This document shows, in pieces, positions 38,341 through 46,910 of a stretch of 64,000 nucleotides of DNA. The notes under the pieces are model-generated. The model did not search any database. It saw only the letters and a list, made by a program, of their open reading frames with translations, and was not told the origin of the DNA. The position numbers were made by a program, and so were the translations under genes. This DNA comes from Vicinamibacterales bacterium (lineage in GTDB: Bacteria; Acidobacteriota; Vicinamibacteria; Vicinamibacterales; 2-12-FULL-66-21), in NCBI GenBank assembly GCA_036258175.1, contig DATAEE010000391.1, forward strand, positions 2,833 to 66,832, read 5' to 3'. Numbering within the stretch: the stretch's first letter is position 1; the number at the start of each line of letters is the position of its first letter.

Positions 38341-39017
38341 AGGTTCCAGAGGTTCCTAAGGTTCCTGGGGTTCCTCAGGTTCCTGAGGTTCGAGGTTCTC
38401 GATGCGCCAAGATCGGTGTCGGCGGCCCGGTGGGTTCCGGGAAAACGGCGCTCCTCGATAGCCTGTGTAGGGCGCTGCGGGATCGCTACAGCATCGCGGT
38501 CATCACCAACGACATCTACACGTATGAAGACGCGGAATTCCTGATGCGCTCGGGCGCGCTGCCGCTCGAGCGGATTCGCGGCGTGCAGACCGGAGGATGT
38601 CCGCACACCGCGATCCGCGAGGACACGTCCATCAACCACGAGGCGATCGACGAGACGCTCGCGAAGTTCCCGGACGTCGAGATCCTGTTCCTCGAGTCGG
38701 GCGGCGACAACCTCGCCGCGTCGTTCAGCCCGGAGCTGGTGGACGTCAGCGTCTATGTCATCGACGTCGCCGGCGGCGACAAAGTGCCGCGCAAGGGTGG
38801 TCCTGGCGTGACGCGCAGCGATCTCCTCGTCATCAACAAGACCGACCTGGCGCCGTACGTCGGCGCGGACCTCGGCGTGATGGCGCACGACGCCGCAAAG
38901 ATGCGTGGCGAGAAGCCCGTCGTGTTCACAAACCTGAAAACCGGCGACGGCCTCGACGGAGTGATCGCGTGGATCCAGCGGGAGGTCTTGTTCGAGGATG
39001 CGGTCAGATCGCGTTGA
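38337..39017 (+). CDS. ureG: Urease accessory GTPase UreG with a repeat-encoded N-terminal extension
   Basis: ATGA overlap with ureF. P-loop [11 protein letters not shown], then ESGGDNL and INKTDL. The first ~20 codons ([17 protein letters not shown]) are the GGTTCC array. Confidence 0.95.
   Translation: MKVPEVPKVPGVPQVPEVRGSRCAKIGVGGPVGSGKTALLDSLCRALRDRYSIAVITNDIYTYEDAEFLMRSGALPLERIRGVQTGGCPHTAIREDTSINHEAIDETLAKFPDVEILFLESGGDNLAASFSPELVDVSVYVIDVAGGDKVPRKGGPGVTRSDLLVINKTDLAPYVGADLGVMAHDAAKMRGEKPVVFTNLKTGDGLDGVIAWIQREVLFEDAVRSR
38341..38399. repeat. 9-bp-periodic tandem array of GGTTCC units inside the ureG 5' coding region
   Basis: AGGTTCCAG AGGTTCCTA AGGTTCCTG GGGTTCCTC AGGTTCCTG AGGTTCGAGGTTCTC. 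Confidence 0.85.
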
Positions 39018-39804
39018 CGGCCGGCTCGAGCTGGTCTTCGGCCGCAGAGGCGCGCAGACCACGCTGACGCACGCGTACGCCAGAGCGCCACTGAAGATCG
39101 TCCGGCCGTTCCCGCTCGACGGCGGCCGGCAACTCGTTCAGATCATCACCCTTGGCCCTGGCGTATGCGCGGGCGATGCATTCGCCATCGACGTCACCGT
39201 CGAAACCGGCGCATCGGCGGTCGTCATCACGCAGTCGGCCTCACGGCTGCACCACATGCCGAACGGCGGACGCGGCACGCAATCGGTGACGCTCGCGGTG
39301 GCCGCGGGAGGTCACCTCGAATACTACCCAGGCGTCACCATTCCATTCCCGGCCGCAGATTTCGCTCAGACCATCGACGTGTCGCTCGAGGCCGGCGCCC
39401 GCTTCGGCCTCCTTGAATGCTGGGCCATGGGTCGCATCGGACGCGGCGAGTACCTGAAATTCCGATCTCTGACGAGCCACACCGAAGTGAGGGTCGATCG
39501 GCTGCCTGTCTATGCCGACACGCTGTCGCTTGACACGCGCGCCGTCGATCTCGCCGGCCCGGGCCTCCTGGAGCAGCACAAATATCTGGCGTCGGGATAC
39601 TGGTACGGCGCGGATGTCGAGCCAGCGCGCGGCAACGGCGACGGCGTTCTGTCGGCCCTCGGACAGTCGTCGCCGGGTCACGCGTACTTCCGGGCGCTCG
39701 CGATGGATGCCGAAGCGCTTGGACACGCGATGCGCGTCGCGCTGAAGCAGGTGTACCGATCGTGGAACCTGGAGATGATGCCGGTACCACGGTTTGCCTC
39801 GTAG
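38998..39804 (+). CDS. ureD: Urease accessory protein UreD/UreH
   Basis: [31 protein letters not shown]. It overlaps the ureG end by 20 nt. Confidence 0.9.
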   Translation: MRSDRVDGRLELVFGRRGAQTTLTHAYARAPLKIVRPFPLDGGRQLVQIITLGPGVCAGDAFAIDVTVETGASAVVITQSASRLHHMPNGGRGTQSVTLAVAAGGHLEYYPGVTIPFPAADFAQTIDVSLEAGARFGLLECWAMGRIGRGEYLKFRSLTSHTEVRVDRLPVYADTLSLDTRAVDLAGPGLLEQHKYLASGYWYGADVEPARGNGDGVLSALGQSSPGHAYFRALAMDAEALGHAMRVALKQVYRSWNLEMMPVPRFAS

Positions 39805-40156
39805 CCACGGATTACCGCGGATCTCAAAACAGCCACGGATCGGATTTTTCTAACCACAGATGAACGCAGATTCACGCAGATCGGAATCTGCGTGGCGCAC
39901 GCTCGGAGCGGCCGGCGGAGCCGGCCGCCTGGCTGGGACTGCGTAGCCACGGCCGTGAGACAAAGGCTCGTGTTGAACGTCTCACGGTCGTGGCTACGCA
40001 GTCCCAGCCTTCGCGCCTGCGGCGCGACCGAGCGGCGCCCTGGGTTGATCTGCGGTTCTTTAAATCCGTGAAATCCGTGAAATCCGTGGTTTCGTGATCC
40101 GAGATCAGTGGTGATCCGTGGCTTCGTGATCCGAGATCCGTGGTGATCCGTGGCTA
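39802..40156. mobile_element. MITE-like composite palindromic element (355 bp) with 24-bp terminal inverted repeats and a central 31-bp-stem hairpin
   Basis: Left end TAGCCACGGATTACCGCGGATCTC against the reverse complement of the right end TAGCCACGGATCACCACGGATCTC gives 22/24. The central arms at 39931-39961 and 39979-40009 are 30/31 complementary. There is an inner CACGCAGAT/ATCTGCGTG hairpin and ATCCGTG tandem units. It has no coding capacity. Confidence 0.55.
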
Positions 40157-41485
40157 GACCGTGACGACCCGCTCGACGGCCCGTCGCACGGCATCGTAGT
40201 CGTTCGGCAGATCGATCGGCGGATTGGCAAGCGCCGGCTGGACGCCGTTGAGCCGCTCCGCGTGGTAGCCGACCTTGAACTCCGCGAATTTGAGGCCGCT
40301 CGCGGTGGATACAACAACGACTCGATCGTCGCGCGCGATCTCGCCGCGCGTGGCCATCTTTTCGAGCGCCGCCAGCGCCACGCCGGTATGCGGACACGAG
40401 AACAGGCCCACGCGGTCGGCGCGGGCCGAGGCATCCGCCAGCTCCTGCTCGGTGGCCTGCTCGACGGCGCCGTCGTAGCGCTTGAGTGTGTCGATCGCCT
40501 TGTGAACCGAAACGGGATTGCCGATCTGAATCGCGGAGGCGAGCGTCGAGCGCGCGGCCATCGGCTCGAATTCCCAGTTGCGGTGATACGCGCGGTAGAG
40601 TGGGTTCGCCGCTTCGCTCTGCGCGACGACGATCCGCGGCCGCCGCGCGATGAGGCGCAGCGCTTCCATCAGGTCGAACCCGGCCCCGATCGCGCTGACG
40701 TTGCCGAGGTTTCCGCCGGGCACGATGATGAGGTCCGGCACCTCCCAGTCGAATTGCTGGACGATCTCGATCGACAGCGTCTTCTGACCCTCGATGCGCA
40801 GGCTGTTCATCGAGTTCGCGAGGTACACGCCCTCGTCTTCGACCAGCCGCTGCACGATCGCCATGCAGCCGTCGAAATCGGTGTCGAGCGCGAGGACCTG
40901 CGCGCCGTTCGCCATCGGCTGGACGAGCTGCGCCGGTGTCACGCGCGAGCGGGGGAGGATGACGATCGCGGGGATGCCGGCGGCCGCCGCGTACGCGGCG
41001 AGTGACGCCGACGTATCCCCCGTCGACGCGCAGGCGACGGCGCGGACTCTGGCGCCGTCCGCCATCATCTGCTTGACCACGGAGACGAGCACCGTCATCC
41101 CGAGGTCCTTGAAGGATCCGGTGTGCGAGTTCCCGCACATCTTCACCCAGACGTCTTGGAGGCCGAGCTCGCGCCCCAGCCGCTCGGCCCAGAACAGGTT
41201 CGTCCCGCCCTCGTCCATCGAGACGATGTTGTCGTCGCGGATCTCCGGGCACACCCATTCTTTCTTGCCCCAGACGCTCGACCCGAACGGCCACGTCGTC
41301 CGCTTATACCGATCGTCAAAGAGCCGCATCCACGCGACGGCACTGCGGTGCGAGAGCGCGTCGACGTCGTGCACGACCTGCAGCAGGCCGTGGCACGACG
41401 GACACCGGTAGATCGGCTGCCAGATGGAGTGATCGCCCGGGCAGCCCGCGACGCAGCGGAAGACCGCGCGGTAGCTGCTTGCCAT
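40154..41485 (-). CDS. thrC: Threonine synthase (plant/bacterial class with an N-terminal Cys4 ribbon)
   Basis: [19 protein letters not shown] holds the PLP lysine. The N-terminus carries CVAGC...CPSC. Confidence 0.9.
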   Translation of the reverse strand: MASSYRAVFRCVAGCPGDHSIWQPIYRCPSCHGLLQVVHDVDALSHRSAVAWMRLFDDRYKRTTWPFGSSVWGKKEWVCPEIRDDNIVSMDEGGTNLFWAERLGRELGLQDVWVKMCGNSHTGSFKDLGMTVLVSVVKQMMADGARVRAVACASTGDTSASLAAYAAAAGIPAIVILPRSRVTPAQLVQPMANGAQVLALDTDFDGCMAIVQRLVEDEGVYLANSMNSLRIEGQKTLSIEIVQQFDWEVPDLIIVPGGNLGNVSAIGAGFDLMEALRLIARRPRIVVAQSEAANPLYRAYHRNWEFEPMAARSTLASAIQIGNPVSVHKAIDTLKRYDGAVEQATEQELADASARADRVGLFSCPHTGVALAALEKMATRGEIARDDRVVVVSTASGLKFAEFKVGYHAERLNGVQPALANPPIDLPNDYDAVRRAVERVVTV

Positions 41486-41489
41486 GGTG

Positions 41490-42731
41490 CTAGGTTGTGC
41501 CGGTCGCGGCCAGCGTCGCTACTTTAGCTTCGAAGTCGCGCAGCGAGCGGCCGACGCGCATCGGTTCGACGCTGCGGTCGCGCAGCGCCTCGACCGTCTT
41601 GTATCCGTTCCCCGTCACGCAGACGACGATTGACTCGTCGCGCGGGATGGCGCCGCGCTCCACAAGCCGGCGTGTCGCTGCGACGGTCGTCCCGCCAGCT
41701 GGCTCGGTGAATATCCCTTCCGTCTCCGCAAGGAGCTGAATGCCCTCGAGGATCTCGTCGTCATCGACCATCGCGCCGGATCCACCCGTGGATCGGACCG
41801 CACGCAGTACTTGAAAACCGTCCGCCGGATTGCCGATGGCAATCGATTTCGCAATGGTCTGCGGCTTGACCGGCTCGGGGAATTCCAGGCCGGCTTCGAG
41901 CGCCCGCACGACCGGCGCGCAACCGGCCGCCTGCGCCGCATGGATCGACGGGAGCTCGCCCTCGACGAGACCAACCTGCCGCAGTTCTTCGAACGCCTTG
42001 AGGATTCGCGGCAGCAACGTCCCGCCGGCCACGGGCGACACGACGTGACGCGGAAATCGCCAGCCGAGCTGCTCAGTGATCTCGAATCCGCACGTCTTAG
42101 CGCCTTCGGCGTAGTACGCGCGAAGGTTGATGTTGGCAAAGCCCCAGCCGTACTTGTCCGCGATCTGAGTGCACAGCCTGTTCACGTCGTCATAGTTCCC
42201 TGCAACGGCGACGATGTGCGGGCGAAACACGCCCGCGCCCGCGACTTTCCCCGTCTCGAGATCGTCGGGAATGAAGACATAGCAGCCGAGTCCCAGCCGC
42301 GCCGCGTGCGAAGCAACGCTGCCCGCGAGGTTGCCGGTCGATGCGCAGGCGAGCACGTCGAAGCCCAGCTCGACGGCGCGGGTTGCGGCGATGGCGACCA
42401 CCCTGTCCTTGTATGAGCAGGTCGGATGGTTGACGGAGTCATCCTTTATATAGAGCTCGCGCACGCCGAGCCGGGCCGCCAGCCGATCCGCCCGCACGAG
42501 CGGCGTGAAGCCGGAGTGCAGGCCGGTGCGCGGCTCCCGCTCGATCGGCAGGAGCTCCCGGTACCGCCACAAATTCCGCGGTCGGCCTTCGATGGCCTCG
42601 CGCGAGATCGCGCGCGCGACTTCGGGGTAGTCGTAGGTCACCTCGAGCGGTCCCAGACACTTGCTGCAGACCCACAGCGCATCCGCTGCATAACCGGCCT
42701 GGCAGAGGTGGCAGCGAAGAGTGAAGTTCAT
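41490..42731 (-). CDS. Threonine synthase-like PLP enzyme (second, divergent paralogue)
   Basis: Start ATG 42731 with an ATGA overlap with thrB. Zn-ribbon CHLC...CSKC. The PLP-lysine region is [25 protein letters not shown] follows. Confidence 0.8.
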   Translation of the reverse strand: MNFTLRCHLCQAGYAADALWVCSKCLGPLEVTYDYPEVARAISREAIEGRPRNLWRYRELLPIEREPRTGLHSGFTPLVRADRLAARLGVRELYIKDDSVNHPTCSYKDRVVAIAATRAVELGFDVLACASTGNLAGSVASHAARLGLGCYVFIPDDLETGKVAGAGVFRPHIVAVAGNYDDVNRLCTQIADKYGWGFANINLRAYYAEGAKTCGFEITEQLGWRFPRHVVSPVAGGTLLPRILKAFEELRQVGLVEGELPSIHAAQAAGCAPVVRALEAGLEFPEPVKPQTIAKSIAIGNPADGFQVLRAVRSTGGSGAMVDDDEILEGIQLLAETEGIFTEPAGGTTVAATRRLVERGAIPRDESIVVCVTGNGYKTVEALRDRSVEPMRVGRSLRDFEAKVATLAATGTT

Positions 42732-43633
42732 AGTTTTTCTTGTCCGAACGGTTGGCACGCCGACAGGGTCCTAATCGTACACTGCACGCCGAGCCGACGG
42801 TACAAATCCTCGAGCAGCGCCGCGACCTCCGACTCGGCACCCGTCGTCAACGCGGCGACCGATGGTCCAGCGCCACACAGGCAGACTCCGGCGATGGCCG
42901 GGTGTTCGAGCGCCAGCACTTCGGCCAGACCTGGAACGAGCGGCTCGCGAAACGGTTGATGCCACCGGTCGCGCATCGCTTCACGAATGTCGCCGCTCTC
43001 GCCGGTCTCGAGCGCTCGCAGCAACAACAGCGAGCGCTGCAGGTTGAAGACGGCATCGGCGCGTGGGACGCGATCCGGCAGCACGTTCCGTGCGACCGGT
43101 GTGGCGAGCTCGACTGCCGGCGTCGCGACGACGAACTTGATCGACGCCGGCCATCGCCAGGAGCGCGCCGTGATTCGGCCGTCTTCGTGCTGACAGCTCA
43201 AGGTCAGGCCGCCGAGCAGTCCCGCCGCCGCGTTGTCGGGATGGCCTTCGATCGTCGCCGCCATCGCGAGCCACGTCTCCGCCGGTTTCGGCGATGTGAC
43301 CGCCTCGTAGAGGCGGAGACCCGCGATGGTCGCGGCTCCGCTGCTGCCAAGCCCGGCCCGCATCGGAATCTCGGAGCGGACCTCGACGTGAAGTCCCGGC
43401 GTCGGGATGCCGATCAGGTTACGCGCGTGCCGGAAGGCGGCGCCGATCCGGTTGTCGCCGGCAGGCGCGCCGTCCACGAACACAAAGTCCACCGTGTCCT
43501 GAACCGACGGCCGCCGTTCCAGAATCCGCAGCCGAAGCCACAGCTCAATCGCCACGGACAACGTGTCGAAGGCCGGCCCGAGATTGCTGATCGACCCGGG
43601 CACGACGATCTCGCCGCCGTCGTTAGCGGCCAT
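42728..43633 (-). CDS. thrB: Homoserine kinase (GHMP family)
   Basis: SISNLGPAFDTLSVAI and PMRAGLGSSGATIAG (GHMP motif II). Confidence 0.85.
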   Translation of the reverse strand: MAANDGGEIVVPGSISNLGPAFDTLSVAIELWLRLRILERRPSVQDTVDFVFVDGAPAGDNRIGAAFRHARNLIGIPTPGLHVEVRSEIPMRAGLGSSGAATIAGLRLYEAVTSPKPAETWLAMAATIEGHPDNAAAGLLGGLTLSCQHEDGRITARSWRWPASIKFVVATPAVELATPVARNVLPDRVPRADAVFNLQRSLLLLRALETGESGDIREAMRDRWHQPFREPLVPGLAEVLALEHPAIAGVCLCGAGPSVAALTTGAESEVAALLEDLYRRLGVQCTIRTLSACQPFGQEKL

Positions 43634-43765
43634 GCGGCGTCTCGGGTCGCGTCACGCTATCATCATCCCACCACTCGTCACATTCGCCGGGTGGTGCGAC
43701 GTTCCTGCGTGCCGGACAGACAGTTGTTCGATAAGATCCCAAGGAATTCATTCTGGAGAAAGACA

Positions 43766-45925
43766 ATGCCTTACGCCCGTCAATTCGCCGGTTCGAGTGG
43801 TCTCGTTGCGCTCGCGCTGCTGGCTTCCGGCCCGGCCAGCCTGGCCGGCCAGGAGGCCGTCAAGCCGCCTGTCGCGAAGATTGAGCCGAAGACGACGACG
43901 CTTCACGGCGATACGCTCGTCGACAATTACAACTGGCTCCGCGACAAGGGCAATCCCGAGGTCATCAAGCACCTCGAGGCGGAAAACGCCTACACCGCGG
44001 CGCGCATGAAGCACACCGAGGCGTTGCAGGAAACGCTCTACAAAGAGCTGCTCGGCCGCATCAAGGAATCCGACAGCGCGGTGCCGTATTTCAAAGACGG
44101 GTACTGGTACTACACGCGCACCGAGCAGGGGAAGGGGTATCCCATTTTCTGCCGCAAGAAGGGCACGCTCGACGCGCCGGAGCAGGTGATCCTCGATCAG
44201 AACGCCCTCGCGGAAGGAAAGAAATTCCACGGTCTCGGCGGGTTCGATGTCAGTCCCGACGGCACGAAGCTGATTTATCTCGAGGACCTGACGGCCTTCC
44301 GCGAGTACACGCTCTACGTGAAGGATCTGACGACCGGTGCAATCGTTGACTCGATCCCCAAGGCCTGGAACGGCACCGCCTGGGCGGACGACAACAAGAC
44401 GTTCTTCTATATGACAGCCGACGAAGCGAAACGCGGGAACGCCGTGTGGCGCCACGTCATCGGAGGGCCGAAAGGGCAGGACGTCAAGATTTTCCAGGAA
44501 GACAACGTCCTCAACAACGTCTACGTGTTCCGGTCGCGCAGCGACAAGTTCATCTTCATTCCGAACGATGGGTTCACGTCCTCCGAGTGGCGGGTGATTC
44601 CGGCGGCCAGCCCGACGGACGCGCCGCGTGTGATCGCACCGCGCCGGGCCAACGTGGAGTACAGCATCGAGCACGGTGGCGGGTACTTTTACATCCTCAC
44701 GAATGACGGTGCGCAGAACTTCCGTATTGTCCGCACGCCGGATACTGAGGGAGCGCCCGCGAGCTGGAAGGATTGGGCCGCGCACCGGCAGGAAGTGTTC
44801 ATCGAGAACCTGGACGTGTTTCAGAAGCACGCAGTGGTGACGGAGCGTCGCGACGGGCTTCGGCGGCTGCGCGTCGTCGATCTCGCATCGAACGAATCCC
44901 ACGATGCCACATTCCCCGAATCGGCGTATGGCGTGTTCGGCAGCACGAATGCCGAGTTCGACACCGACGTGTTCCGCTTCAGCTATTCCTCCTTTGTCAC
45001 CCCGTCGTCCGTGTTCGACTACAACATGACGACCCGTCAGCGCGAGCTGAAGAAAAAGCAGGAGATTCCCAGCGGATTCGACGCGGCGCAGTACGAAGTC
45101 CAGCGCCGGATGGCGCCGGCGCGCGACGGCGTGCAGGTGCCGGTCTCGATTCTCAAGAAGAAGAACGTAGAAGGTCCCGCCCCGCTGTTGCTGTACGCGT
45201 ACGGATCCTACGGAGCCACGACCGAGCCGACGTTCAACTCAAACGTCTTCAGCCTCGTCGATCGCGGGATGACCTACGCCATCGCCCACATTCGCGGCGG
45301 CCAGGAAATGGGCCGCAAGTGGTACGACGACGGGAAGATGATGAAGAAAAAGAATACGTTCAACGACTTCATCGACGTCGCCGAGTACCTGGTAAAGAAC
45401 AACTACACGAAGCCGGACGGGCTCGTGGCGAACGGCGGCAGCGCCGGCGGTCTTCTGATGGGCGCCGTCGCGAACATGCGACCCGACCTGTTCAAGGCGA
45501 TCGTCGCCGACGTCCCGTTCGTCGACGTCATCAACACGATGCTCGACAAGTCGCTGCCGCTGACGGCGCAGGAATGGGAGCAGTGGGGGAATCCGCAGAA
45601 TCCCGAGCAGTACAAGTACCTGAGGAGTTACTCGCCGTACGACAACGTCGAGAAGAAGGCCTATCCGTGGCTGCTCGTGACGACGTCGCTCAATGACTCG
45701 CAGGTCATGTTCTTCGAGCCGGCGAAGTGGGTTGCGAAGCTGCGCGCGATGAAAACCGACAGCAATCCGCTGTACTTCAAGATCAATCTTGCAGGCGGGC
45801 ACCGCGGGAGCTCGGGTCGGTACGACCGGCTGCGCGAGACCGCGTTCCGCTACGCGTTCATGCTCGACGCGGTGGGGCTCGCGAAGAGGCCGACGTCGAC
45901 GGAGCAGGCGGCGGGCAGACGCTAA
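43766..45925 (+). CDS. ptrB: Oligopeptidase B / protease II (S9A prolyl oligopeptidase family), secreted
   Basis: ATG 43766 follows GGAGAA. There is a signal peptide. DNYNWLRD, GGSAGGLLMG (the catalytic Ser) and SLNDSQV. The upstream 340 aa of the track ORF are antisense to thrB. Confidence 0.9.
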   Translation: MPYARQFAGSSGLVALALLASGPASLAGQEAVKPPVAKIEPKTTTLHGDTLVDNYNWLRDKGNPEVIKHLEAENAYTAARMKHTEALQETLYKELLGRIKESDSAVPYFKDGYWYYTRTEQGKGYPIFCRKKGTLDAPEQVILDQNALAEGKKFHGLGGFDVSPDGTKLIYLEDLTAFREYTLYVKDLTTGAIVDSIPKAWNGTAWADDNKTFFYMTADEAKRGNAVWRHVIGGPKGQDVKIFQEDNVLNNVYVFRSRSDKFIFIPNDGFTSSEWRVIPAASPTDAPRVIAPRRANVEYSIEHGGGYFYILTNDGAQNFRIVRTPDTEGAPASWKDWAAHRQEVFIENLDVFQKHAVVTERRDGLRRLRVVDLASNESHDATFPESAYGVFGSTNAEFDTDVFRFSYSSFVTPSSVFDYNMTTRQRELKKKQEIPSGFDAAQYEVQRRMAPARDGVQVPVSILKKKNVEGPAPLLLYAYGSYGATTEPTFNSNVFSLVDRGMTYAIAHIRGGQEMGRKWYDDGKMMKKKNTFNDFIDVAEYLVKNNYTKPDGLVANGGSAGGLLMGAVANMRPDLFKAIVADVPFVDVINTMLDKSLPLTAQEWEQWGNPQNPEQYKYLRSYSPYDNVEKKAYPWLLVTTSLNDSQVMFFEPAKWVAKLRAMKTDSNPLYFKINLAGGHRGSSGRYDRLRETAFRYAFMLDAVGLAKRPTSTEQAAGRR

Positions 45926-46815
45926 GACGTCCGCCCGGCCGCTTGCCGCCCGACCTTGATCGTCTCGGGATAGTCGCGGTCGTAAATAATGATGACGCGG
46001 AAGCCTTCGCGAAGGCGCTTCTCGATATCCTTCGCGTTAGCGGTGATGCCGCACGGAACGCTGAACTCCTTGCAGGATGAGAGCTGCATCTGGATTGCGT
46101 TCTCGACCTTTTCCATGTCTCCCTGGTAGACGCGCCGCAGCGTGCCGGGGCCCGGCGTCGCGATCGTCGGCCGGACGCGTGTGATCTCGCGGCTGTTCGC
46201 GATCCCTTTCTCGCTTTCGATGATGAAGAACGAGGCGAGCTCGCCATCCGGATTCAGCGGATAGACGTCGGCCTTTTTCTTGTACTCCTGCGCCGTCATT
46301 CCCCAGTACGCTGGAGCGCCGCCGGCGTCATCCGGACGCGTGCCGGACGGCGCGAATCGCATCGCGGCGATCGCCTGTTCTGCTTCCTCGCGGCTTTCCA
46401 TCCCCGGGAACACGATCGCGTGCGCGCCGAGGTTGAGAATCTCGCCCGTGCGCTGGCGTGCGGTGGCCGGGTCGTCGTGAAAGACCGGAAGCCTGGCCAT
46501 CAGCGGATGACTGTTGGGATTTTTCGGAGCGCCTCCCTGCAGCGCCAGCATGAAGCTCTTCAACTCGGCGGGGTTGTAGCTCTGGACCTGCTCCATGTTG
46601 AAGAAGATGAAGTCCATCTCTGCGTCGGCCGCCGCCTTCTTCGCCGCCTCGGCGGTCCGGGCCGGCGCAAACCAGCCAAGCAGGACCTTGTTCTGCGAGA
46701 GGAGATCGATGATCCGGTTGTGTCGCGGCGCGCGCCGTCCTTCGAGCGGCCTCGGAGTGGCCAGTCCGGCTAAAGCGCCGGCGATCAACAGGATTGCTCC
46801 CGCTTGGAACCTCAT
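45922..46815 (-). CDS. HpcH/HpaI aldolase-like family protein with a predicted signal peptide
   Basis: Start ATG 46815 gives MRFQAGAILLIAGALAGLA. ILNLGAHAIVFPGMESREEAEQAIAAMRF resembles the HpcH barrel. The usual EH metal motif is not evident (NMEQ). Confidence 0.5.
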   Translation of the reverse strand: MRFQAGAILLIAGALAGLATPRPLEGRRAPRHNRIIDLLSQNKVLLGWFAPARTAEAAKKAAADAEMDFIFFNMEQVQSYNPAELKSFMLALQGGAPKNPNSHPLMARLPVFHDDPATARQRTGEILNLGAHAIVFPGMESREEAEQAIAAMRFAPSGTRPDDAGGAPAYWGMTAQEYKKKADVYPLNPDGELASFFIIESEKGIANSREITRVRPTIATPGPGTLRRVYQGDMEKVENAIQMQLSSCKEFSVPCGITANAKDIEKRLREGFRVIIIYDRDYPETIKVGRQAAGRTS

Positions 46816-46910
46816 CGAGCACCTCGTTTTCGGGCCGAAACACCTACCGTTTGTCCCATCGGCGGCCGTATACTGCTGCGAGAGTGTACGCGCCCTGCCT
46901 GGGGCCGACA

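Noticed and set aside
35031-38399. The inverted GGAACC/GGTTCC arrays as an invertible DNA switch for the urease genes.
   Set aside because: No recombinase is encoded nearby, and inversion would disrupt ureG and the operon order. It is kept only as a caveat inside the urease finding.
39895-40045. The structured central part of the 39.8-kb element as a tRNA or other known ncRNA gene.
   Set aside because: It is a simple long hairpin with no cloverleaf and no conserved T-loop or anticodon features. It fits a palindromic repeat better.
39678-41294. A 538-aa minus-strand ORF spanning the repeat element and thrC.
   Set aside because: It is out of frame with the canonical threonine synthase on the same strand. 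It is extremely Arg/Gly/Pro-rich and reads through the non-coding repeat region.
42740-43765. The N-terminal 342 codons of the 1061-aa ORF 42740..45925.
   Set aside because: They are antisense to thrB and have shadow-like composition. The oligopeptidase B homology, signal peptide and SD all begin at ATG 43766.
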